Of a stretch of DNA of 47,454 nt, positions 12,699 through 23,573 are shown piece after piece. Origin of the DNA: Rotaria socialis (lineage: Eukaryota); the NCBI GenBank assembly GCA_905331295.1, contig CAJNYD010000508.1:1-47454 (forward strand), read 5' to 3'. A program made the position numbers and the translations under genes. Positions within the stretch are counted from its first letter, which is position 1, and every line of letters begins with the position of its first letter. The notes below the pieces were generated by a model. The model did no database searches. It had not been told where the DNA came from and saw nothing but the letters and a program-made list of their open reading frames with translations.

Positions 12699-13562
12699 TC
12701 ATCGATTTACAATTAATGAGATACAATTATTTGCAATCATATTTTGCTTTTGTTTGTGTAGTGAGCCAAGAATAATTTATGTTGCTTAAATAAACAGCTA
12801 CTGATTAAAATCTAAGAAAAACATGAAAGCTATTTTTACAAAACAATACTTTGATATCAGTGATGCAATTTTTTAATAATACTCTCTGTCATGCTTGACG
12901 TAATGAATCACAAAATTGAACATTCTAATGAATAATCAATTAAATTTCTTTATGAAGTTTTACGCGATCAGTTATACAAAAAGAGATGACGAAGAATTTT
13001 TAGATTTTGATGAATATAATGTGACAAATACTTTTACTTGATCTCTGATTCATTTTTTAAATAACATATCTGAGTTGTTCAATTACTTTTATGTTGAGGC
13101 TAGCTCAGTAGTATATTGAAGGCTTCAATGCTTATTTTATATTAACTTATTCAGTAGTGATTATTTTGGTTCAATATAGACTAACCTACCCAACAATGTC
13201 TAATCACAAAATTCAACTCAGAACCAACGGCATGCTACTGCTAATAATTGACAGAGATATAAGTCAAAAGCGTTTTTTATTCTACTATATTTGCGTTTGT
13301 TCTTGAAGCATTTTTTTCTTTTAAGTAGATTAAGACTATAAATAAATTTAGTTTTATATGGCATTCTAAATTTGCTTTTCAAATTGGATTTAAAAGTGCC
13401 GTCAACAAATTTGTTTGATTTTAATCAAAATATTGGAAATAACCAATCAATTCTAATAGTGAGCATCATTCGATAATGCTTATGTAATCGATAATTATCG
13501 CGTTGCTACGATTCAACGATGAAGATTTTTTATCCTCTGCATATAAGCGTGCCATATATATA

Positions 13563-15290
13563 TAGAGTGGTTGTTCCAAATTCCATCACGATATTCAAAT
13601 CTGATAAAAAATATCGAATATCTCCGCTTCCCGAAGTCCGTTTGAGCTGATTTTTAGATTCCGGAATAGACAAAACATTTTTCTATCGAATTGTATAATT
13701 TTCATCAATATACGATTCGTTTTGAGTGAGCAGCAACAAAGATACAAACACCTACTTTGATTTTTGTCCCGTTCTGCCCATGTCTTAATTACATCATTCG
13801 AGCCAAAATGCATAGGATTGGCATAAAAAACTTAGTTTTCGAGCGGAAGGTTGGCATCTCTCCAAAAATAAATTACATCATTTGATTCAGGAGATCAAAC
13901 TCTATCGATTGATATGTTTCTTATTACGGATAAATATATATTTTATATATTTTTTCTCGTAACAATTCAACTTTTTCGTGCGATGCAATTAAGTAGTGTA
14001 ACTTGATTCCATCCCACCAGCTATTCCTCTTTCCTTATTTCATCATGTAATAGAAAATACATGTAAAATTGTCCATTATCAGTAATAAAAACATTGGCGC
14101 TAGATCAGCTACATAATTTTACTAAACAATCTTTACAAAAAAAAGTAGCTGAACTCAGTGGCTATCTGTTAATGAAAAGTCAGAGAATTTTGTCTTATGG
14201 ATTTGTTTACATTCCCATCATATGAGACAGGAGTTTTTCAGGAATCCATCAGCAAATTAAAATAACGCAAAAAACGAAATTTTAATCATGTAGTGATATT
14301 ATTCTTCATTGCAAAGAAATGATGATACTAATGCGTCAAGTAAATAGAGAATATTCGTTCGATAACACTATTACACAAATTGACTTAATTATAAGCTAAT
14401 TTGTAAAATGTACATGTACATGTACATTAATTATTATTGGATCTAGCAATCAACTCGTACGTAAAAAATTAGACAGTTATAATGATATAGAACACTTAAT
14501 ATTATTTTTCATACTTCGTGTTAATTAATCATTGTGATTACTGCTCAAAGATAGAAAAATGCTACATGCCAAAATTCTAGTAAAAATTAACGCATGGTCC
14601 TCTATTTTAAAAAACTCAATCAATTTTACGTATAAATCCTCTGACTTTGCATTAACAGATAGCCACTGAGTTCAGCTAAATTTTTTGTATAGATTGTTCA
14701 ATAAAATTTTGTAGTTGATCTAGCGCCAATGTTTTTATTACTGATGATGGACAATTTTACGTGTATTTTCTATTACATGATGAAATAAGGAAAGAGGAAT
14801 AGCTGGTGTGATGGAATCAAGTTACACTACTTAATTGCATCGCACGAAAAAGTTGATTGTTACGAGAAAAAATATATAAAATATATATTTATTCGTAATA
14901 AGAAACATATCAATCGATAGAGTTTGATCTCCTGAATCAAATGATGTAATTTGTTTTCGGAAAGATGCCAACCTTCCGCTCGAAAACTAAGTTTTTTAAC
15001 AAAATTTGTACATTTTCGCTGGAAATGATGGAATTGGGAAAGAATAATGACTTGAATGATGGAATTCAAACATGGACAGAACGGGACAAAAATGAAAATA
15101 GGTGTTTGTGTCTTTGTTGCTGTTCACTCAAAACGAATCGTATCTTGATGAAAATTATACAATTCGATAGAAAAATGTTTTGCCTATTCCGGACTCTAAA
15201 AATCAGCTCAAACGGGCTTCAGGAAGCCGTAATATAGAGGTTTACTGGAGCTTTTCAAAATCAGTGATGGAATTTGGATCTACCACTCTA
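13563..15290. mobile_element. Non-autonomous foldback DNA transposon with long inverted arms (TA-target, Tc1/mariner-like)
   Basis: Left arm ~13563-14190 and right arm ~14634-15290 are reverse complements; the mirrored ORFs 13595-13813(-) and 14965-15237(+) reflect this. Termini TAGAGTGGT...ACCACTCTA sit in (TA)n runs. The ~440 bp spacer shows no transposase. Confidence 0.88.
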
Positions 15291-15484
15291 TATATATATA
15301 TATATCATGATTTTACTTTTTTCAGTGATCAAAAGAAAAAATTTAATCAAAATAATGCACCTGAAGTATTTGTATTCTTATATTAATGAATGATTAGGAT
15401 AATAGAAAAAAATAATAATTGGTGAGATGAATATTTTTTATTTTAAAATATTTGTACAATGTTGACAACGTACAAAGAAAGTTT

Positions 15485-15985
15485 TTAACCTAATAATCCG
15501 TATTGTGGTCGGCCGACACGTCGTCGACCTCTGTTATTTAACCATTCTTGAAAGTCATCATCAACATTGGATTCTAGAGCATTAAAAAATAATTAAAGTA
15601 AATAATGAATTTGCTTCAATTAAAAATGAGTATTTTTCCTTCATTACCATCATCTCGTTTACCCAAATAACCATAAGAATAGCGTTTTCCAAGAACACCA
15701 AATTTCAGATGATGACGACGAAGTGGTGATGGAATCATTTGTTGCGCTGTTGATATACCTGTTTCCTTTTTATTTCGTAATGAAGCGTCATTTTCATCAC
15801 TTGCGCTACTTTCAACTATTGATGATTTATCATCAGTTGATGCAGTTGCACCTAATTAATAGATTCATGTAAGATTTTATTTAATTGAAAATAAAAAAAG
15901 AACTCAACCTACCTGTATGCGCAATTCTAAATATGAGGATCATCAATAAAACGACAAATGTAAATAGACTTGATAACTTTTTCAT
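15485..15985 (-). CDS. Amidated neuropeptide precursor (121 aa, 3 exons)
   Basis: Exons 15985-15913, 15851-15648, 15573-15485 give MKKLSSLFTFVVLLMILIFRIAHTG...PLRR-HHLKFGVL-GKR-YSYGYL-GKR-DDESNVDDDFQEWLNNRGRRR-VGRPQYGLL-G*. It has a signal peptide, basic cleavage sites, amide-donor glycines and an acidic spacer. Confidence 0.9.
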
Positions 15986-18519
15986 TGCTAAATATAACCT
16001 AGAACAATAGTATAAAAAGAAAGAAATGAGCAAAGTAACATGTAAAGTATATTGGTTCGGAAATGGATCGAGGAGTCTTTTAGTATCTGTTTATATTCGA
16101 GTGAATAGACAAAATAATCATGCATCCATATATATATATATAAACAATTCATGATCGTTTTTTGTGTCACATAGGAGCAGCGACCAATATCAATGAAAAT
16201 AATGATGCAGCTGAAATTATTTGTTAATGCTTTTGGATTGATTTCACTTCGTCTGCTCTCAACTCCTTCTCGTTTTCTCGCTCTTGGTTTTTTCTCTTCC
16301 GCTATTCCATTAGTATTAGTGAATACATTTCTCTCTTCGTCCATTTTTCTTGAGCGATTTCTCACTTGTTCGTTCGGTTGTTGATGTATTTAATTCGGCT
16401 CAATTCCGGATCAAGAAGTTCAATATGATATGTGCACAAGCAAAAGGATTTTACCATATGGAACAAATCTTTCGTAAACGAAGGAAAGAAAGAGAGCAAT
16501 GAACAATTAAGAGTGCTTTCAGATCCCTCTTATACATAAACTGTCGGAAACATGATTAGTCTTTTAGTCAAATCTTATTGGACTTAAACCAATCTATACC
16601 CTCTCTATCAAGATAGCAAATAAAGTATTCCGTAATAATTCAATTGACTAATCAAACTAAAAAAATACAGTCAATTTCATATTGATTATCATTTTTTCAC
16701 AATTGCTACATTAAAATGAGTTATGTAAAGAGAGAAAGAGAGAGAGACAAGCATTTGTTCTATTTGATAGTCTGATTGATTGTTCATGAACTATAAGCAA
16801 ATGCTTTCTATTTTAAACTTGCAATAAAACATTTGATTTTTCATTTAAATAAACGATACTAATTGTACATATAGTTAACTATGAAGGAAGCATGCTTGTT
16901 TGAGTATTTTATTTACTCGTGATAGACTCATGTTTTCTGAGCATATGATAGATTTACTTATGCCTGATTAGTTCAATGAGGACAAAAAAAATAATTTTAA
17001 CATGATTCTATGGTAATTAAAAGTGTATTGTCACGAAAGAATTTTATTGTTCAATAATATATTTAGTAGCAGAAGTTTTGGTACAATTGTTCTTACTATT
17101 CACAAAAGAAAATGAGTAGCCATGAAAATTCTTGAAAAACAACATATTGTTAAATGTAAACCAACTTGATATGTTATTAATGAATGTCATCTTTTACAAA
17201 CAATTAAATTGCCACTTATTGTTGATTTATTATTCAAACTTAAAGATAATGCACATCTATATCTATGCTCAGAATTCGTTGATGATAGTGTGAGACAAAT
17301 CTTGTTGATCTATTTTCATCTTTCTTGGCATTTCCATGCTTATATCATTAGTAGAATAAAATAAATTTCTATCAGAATGTAAATATATTGTTATGCAAAT
17401 ATTTTTCATAGTATTGAATGTTGTATCATAAAGAAATTTTTCTATATCGAGAAAGGCTAGCTATCAGTTCTCTATGTACCTCTTTTTGATAGATTGTTCC
17501 ACTGGAAACTATTTTCCGAGATATACGAGGAAGAATTATGCATATACTAAATTGTATTTTGCTGCTGTTCACACTTCTGCTAATACAATATGATTACAGC
17601 GTTCCAGGAATGTTGTAAATCGATAAAAGAATCTAACTAGCCTTTGTAAAACTTCTGAATAAACTTCAACAACAAAGAGGCATGCGAAAATATAGCAAAG
17701 AATATGAGATAAGTCTGTTGGTCTCTTGATAGAATAATTTAATATGTTTGAACTTGCGAACATGACACATGACATACAGAATTCATGGTTCAAGTATTCA
17801 TAATTTCTATCAAGTTTTAGTTGTCATTATTGATTCTCTAAGTTATTTGATATGTGTCCATAATATATTAAGTGAATCATTGTGGTACCATGAACCTTTC
17901 ATAGACTAGTTTTTTAAGGTTAATAGATGTCTATATAAAGTTCAAGTAAGTGTGTACAAAAATGCTGTGATAGGTCGATTGACTAACTAATGCTATAGTT
18001 AGTCATATTTGTACAAAAGAGATTAATCTACTAAATCAATCACTGGACAGATCTTGATTTCTTTGTCAAATTTATGAGACATGATACTTTCAAAAGTTTG
18101 CGTTATCCAAATACTGAAGTCATATATATCCAAGTAAATCTATCAATAAGCGATTACTGATTTCGGTGTGACTTGAGCTGTTTTAATCAATCAAAATTAT
18201 TGAGATTAAAAGTTTGACATATTTTTATGCAATAGAAAACTAATATAGATAAAATTAAGCAGATTTATTCCTATTGTCTCTTTTTAGCAATCCGTTTTAA
18301 TGATTTTTGAAAAATTAGATTATCTTGTCATGAAGAGATTTTCTAGTTTATTAGTAAATCTGATTTGTAGATGTCCTATATTATTCGAAAGTACAAGAAC
18401 AATCAACTTTCAAAATCACTTCCACGCTAATAAGTCTCTTTGAATATTTACAATACCTTGATATTTTGTTAGAAGAAAATAAAAAGTTAATCGTAACTTA
18501 AACTATTCTTTTTCTTTTC

Positions 18520-18990
18520 AATTATAAAGATTTGGAATGTGACCAGTATTATTTTATAATTCTAATATTTATTCAGAAAATTGCTTGATTAACTATGATA
18601 GTTTTGCTAATATAGTTCCAAAACGAACACATCTTGATAGAGTACCTGAGATTTTATCCCGTGAAAGGTCATGGCAGGATATATAAATATATTAATTTGA
18701 CTATTATATTTAATTCTTTCTTAAATATATTTCAGGTATACGAGTTGATTGGTGGTGCTTAGTTGTATTTCTGTATGAATTCAATGCTGAATTTTCCTCA
18801 TTCGATACCAAGGAACACACTACTCGTTATTCATTGATACTACGTTATGGTGCTGAAAATAAACTTTCTTTCTCTTCTTTAAAAATTTCCAAAATTTTTC
18901 AAAGAAGACATCGTTATGGTTGCTTAGCGAATTATTCATATTTTCAAAAATTTAATTCATTATTATTGCATGAAAAATATATTTATGCTA
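18520..18990 (+). pseudogene. Decayed AGC-family (PKA/PRKX-like) protein kinase fragment
   Basis: Collinear remnants: YKDLE (cf. YRDLK), SFANIVPKRTH (cf. GFAK.V..RT), PEILS then frameshifted GHG, and after an AG acceptor at 18735 VDWWCLVVFLYEFNAEFSSF (cf. VDWWALGVLIYEM..G..PF), later RYGCLAN (cf. RYGNLKN). Key residues are lost and frames are broken. Confidence 0.55.
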
Positions 18991-21203
18991 AACTGAGGCG
19001 ATAATGAATGAAAGATCATATTTTTGAATATTTTGCAGAGAAAAAAAAGAATTCCAAGATTTTTTAATAAATGACAATCAATCAATAAAATCACCATTAT
19101 CTAATACAGTTATGTGTAAATGTTAGTGCCTTATCAATCGCTTCTTTTGATAGTAAATGTAACGATGAAAATAGAATCGGTCGAGTTTCAATGATTGAAT
19201 CATTATCATAATTATTCTGTCATTAATAATTTCAAGAGACGAGATATCGATATCTATTTGATCTCATTGGTCTTTCTCGCTTTAGTCATTATCAACGACT
19301 AAATACAAAGTAAGATCGATTATAAGAGCTGTATAGTCTAAAATCATAAATAGAAGTATTTCTCTTTGCCATAAACACAAAACTTATCTTTAAAAGATTA
19401 ACAATTATTGAATATTTGTTTGTATTTAGATAATACACATTATTTATCAATATTCATCGTTTGATTGTTGATATTCGAGTAGTGAATGTATGTCATTTCT
19501 TTTTCAGACTATGTTGATATATATATATATATATCCACACATTCATCTGCGATGATGACGATAATAATATCAACAACAGATTGATAACAATCTTGTTGAC
19601 CCTCTTTGTCAGCTAAGTAAACGACAGGGACACAAAAAAAAGCCAACTCTAGTTGCATGGCTCTTTCATTCTTAGCATAAGTCTGTTTTTTGGCCTATCT
19701 TGATGTATATATATATATATATATATTCGAGACAATAATACATCAAGGTTTATGAGTTCCATAGACTTCTTTGTCGTTGAAGAATAGCCCTTAAGGAGCA
19801 TCTAGAAAGCTAATTTGACGTATATATATGCACACCTTTATATTTATGTTCGCATGGTCGGTGTTCCTAATAATTGAAGCGCAGCAGTAGCACAGTAGGC
19901 AACGTTGCTTTGTATTATGTATTCATGGAGATGTTATAACATTATTAAAAAGAAAAAGGAAAAGGAAAAAGAGAAATAGAACATCAACTTAAAGAAATCG
20001 AAACGGAGCACTCAGCATTCACCTGCTTTCCAACATACTTCTAGCGTTAATTAAATATCACGATATTGTCAACGAGTGAGTATCATATTAGACAGATGAT
20101 TATTGCCAAATATAATCCCAGATGGCAATAGCGCTTCCTTTGTCAAAAGAATGAAATTATTATTTAGCATGTCTCACACGTCAGGTGATACAAAGAAAAA
20201 AAATCAGATTATTTTCTTTTCTGTTCTATAATTTAGTTAATAACTGAGAAAACATATTTGTACAAAATTAAACGATTCTCTTGAGCTTCATTTTAATTTT
20301 ATTAGAAGCAGATAGACAACAAAGATGAGAAATGCTTGATTAATTCTATTGTTTAAACAACGTAGGTTAACTTCTATTTATTAAATAGCATTATTTTTCC
20401 GGATAATTTATTATATATGTTTTCAGAAGAAAAAAGGCTATTCATTCCTTTCTTTAACATCATAATAGATCAAAACAGATTTGCATTCATAAATCTTTTT
20501 GATACATGAAATAGAATGACAACATCCGATATGATTGTAGTCTTTAGCGTGGAAATAATCTCATAATGGAAAGATAAAATAATCTTTTCATCTCGTCTTT
20601 CTATATATGTATACATTAAATAATGTGAGTAAAAGCTTTTTTTTCTCGTTTTGTTGATATTAGCACAGTTTATGCATTTATTCGTATGATATCATCTCTG
20701 TTTTTAGTCCAAAGAGGATGCTATAATGCTTGAATATAGATTACCACTATGCTAATTAGTTAATTCATCATCATTAGTTAACATTTTAATGGGCTCTATC
20801 TTTGAATGACAAAAAGAAACAAAGCAACAAAGAGAAAAATGAGATCATTCGACAGTAAACAATTAAGTTCCGTTTTTCTCGATCTCTTGTTGACGTCGCT
20901 CTTAGCTTTATGTCAAACAAGGTCACACGAGTTTCTCATCCTATTTTCCAGTGATTGATGGGATGTCGTTTGCTCTTCTAATCATCGCTTTTAAGCGAAA
21001 CCATTCTATGATGATAAATGACACAACACAAACACTTGAGAGTTGTCACCCTCGATTGAATCAATCAATTAAATACATATCAAGACCTTATATGAAAACC
21101 TAAATAAAGTCGTATCTGCCGATATATGAATATAGAAATGTATATGTTCGTTCTTTTTTTTTGATAAAGCAGTTAGTTCATAAGGGATCCTCAGCAAGTC
21201 GTA

Positions 21204-21353
21204 TGCTAGACTGTACTGTAACGTGTCTACTTTTTATTTAACACCTCTAACTAACTTCTCTTCCCCATACAACTTCGCTTAGGTCTCTTGACCAATAGAA
21301 GATATGAGAACAAAGAGAGAGGTACTGGTCGCAGATAGCGCCACTCCCTAACA
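21204..21353 (-). repeat. 3' LTR (150 bp)
   Basis: TGCTAGACTG...CTAACA; direct repeat of 23426-23573; adjacent purine-rich tract AAACGGTGGAAG on the minus strand (21354-21365). Confidence 0.92.
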
Positions 21354-23408
21354 CTTCCACCGTTTATAGGTGAACGAAACGACTTCATCTGTTCACGACA
21401 ATACACAGGTAATCACCCAAATAACGAAAATAACACGCACACAAAAAGAAACTGAAATAACAAGAATTAGAATGAAAAGAAATAGTGATAAATACAAAAA
21501 TAACACAGAAAAAATCATAGGAATGAGATACTACCCGTAGAAAAAAATATGTCTATGTGGATATTGAGAAGTTCGATTGTTACAATTAGTGATGACGTTA
21601 GGTTAATCGATATAAGATCTTTTACTGTCACTTGTGCTCGTTGATCGGTTGTAAAATGTTGTACCATGTATGTTTTGTCATTAAGTTTATTGATACTTAT
21701 GTACGGGCCGATAAATTTCGAAGAAAATTGATTAGGAGATGAATCACGATTACTGATTAAAACGTGTTGACCAACAAGATATTGCGGGTTTGAACGATTA
21801 CGATCGTATCGTTCTTTAGCTGCATGCTAATGTTTAAGGTTATTGTGCCAAGCCGCAAGTTTAACATGCTCGATAAATTGTGTCACCGTGTCCTGATAAT
21901 ATTGAACGTCTGTAGGAATGATGAGATTCGAAGGAAGATCAGCTAGAAGCCGAGGTGTACGCGCGAACATCAATTCAAATGGAGTACACTCTGCTGAAGC
22001 ATGTTGAGTTGTGTTACAATTACATGTGATGGGCACTAATTTTTCATCTCAATTCGATCGAGAATTATTTGAAAGTGCAACGAGATTAGGAACTAGTGTA
22101 ACATTATGACATTCACATTACCTATTCGCTTGTGGGTTGCACGGTGTAGTTTTTGCGTGACAGCAATTAGTTGATTGGAGCAGTGATTTGTATAACGACG
22201 ATGTGAAGTGAGGACCATTATCTGTAATAATGTCTAATAGAACACCGTATATCATAAATACATCATATAATAAAAACCGAGCAGCTGTTGTTGAAGTATT
22301 ATCATAAACGGCTTTGGTTACTACGAATTTTTGATAAAAAGATCTGTAAGAACAATGAAATATTTCTTACCAGACTTAGATTGAGGACCAGGTCCAACAT
22401 AGTCCATAGCTAATCGCTCCTACACACCACGAGAGATTCAATGGATTGTTAATGGCCATCTGGTTTACGACGAGAAGGTTTATTTTGTCGACAATTGAGA
22501 CAAGATAAAATGTGTTTTTCAATATCTTTGTACATATTCGGCCCAGAAGAACGATCACGTATCTTGTAAAAGGTTCGTTTAATACCAAAATGAGCACCAT
22601 TAAAAGTTGAGTTGTGATAAGTTGATAAAACACTAGGAATTAACGAAACAGACAAATAACGTAGATTAATGTGTTGTCCAAATTTACAATTAACGACTTT
22701 ATAAAGGACATTGTAATCATCAATAACATAATTAGCAGTAATGGACCAATGTTTTTTTATTTTATGTATTTGAAAATCTTGATTTTGATGTTTACTTGAC
22801 GTATCATTATCGAAAAATGTGGAGGTGACTTGTCCAGGTGAAGCTGCTGATGGTGTCTTGGTTGTTGTTGTTGACGGTGTGCTAGATTGAAATGGGGTTA
22901 TTGTTGATTGATAAGCTTGAACAATAGCAATTTTAAATGAAGACCAATCAGACATGTTTGACTTGTTAAAGTGGATCCATTTAAGTGCTGCGTCCATTAA
23001 ATAAGGCTGACTCGCGAGATATTTATTGAACGATTGCATTAGAGCACAGTCAAAACCTTCTTCAATGTGTTTAAGTCAATGAGTAACATCTTCCGATTCA
23101 GAGCCACTGAATTTGGTTAATGTTTTGCCCTGCTCTTTTGCTAGTGTGCTCATACATTGTGCTTCCATGTTAGATGTAAATAATGGTCGATAAACAATCG
23201 AATTAGAAGAAGATGAGATGTCAGAAGGTTCCATATCGATAAGAGATAAACGTTGTACTTCTTGTGCAAATAATTGATGATGTTGTAAACGAGTTTTCAC
23301 CATACAGAATCAAGACCAAGTTAGAACAGCAAATAAGTATACAGTCACGAAATAGGTCAGGAAATCAAAATCAAAATCATCAAATATATACTCGACGAAT
23401 TCCCAAAG

Positions 23409-23423
23409 CGGGTCACGGCACCA
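23409..23423 (-). promoter_or_regulatory. Primer binding site complementary to the tRNA-His 3' end
   Basis: Minus strand TGGTGCCGTGACCCG, 2 nt inside the 5' LTR; complementary to the eukaryotic tRNA-His end ...GTCACGGCACCA. Confidence 0.85.
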
Positions 23424-23425
23424 AT

Positions 23426-23573
23426 TGCTAGACTGTCCTCTAACTTGTCTACTTTTTATTTAACAATTCTAACTTCTCTTCCCCATACAACTTCGCTTAG
23501 GTCTCTTGACCAATAGAAGATATGAGAACAAAGAGAGAGAGGTACTGGTCACAGATAGGGCCGCTATCTAACA
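23426..23573 (-). repeat. 5' LTR (148 bp)
   Basis: TGCTAGACTG...CTAACA; direct repeat of 21204-21353 with about 10 substitutions and 2 small indels by eye. Confidence 0.92.

Larger units (their letters stand above)
21204..23573 (-). mobile_element. Internally deleted Ty3/gypsy-type LTR retrotransposon (2.37 kb)
   Basis: Two ~150 bp TG...CA direct repeats, PBS and PPT on the minus strand, gag fragments (LTKFSGSESEDVTH; AALKW...WSSFKIAIVQAY), integrase HHCC (HNSTFNGAHFGIKRT...CLNC), ITDNGPHFT, TPFELMFAR and KFIGPY, broken by stops and frameshifts. No protease, RT or RNase H motifs seen. Confidence 0.93.

Noticed and set aside
13595..15386. ORFs in the foldback arms as genes or transposase
   Set aside because: Short mirrored by-products of the inverted repeat with no DDE/D or HTH motifs.
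15988..16384. Overlapping 125-aa and 63-aa ORFs
   Set aside because: Low-complexity sequence upstream of the neuropeptide gene; probably UTR or intron.
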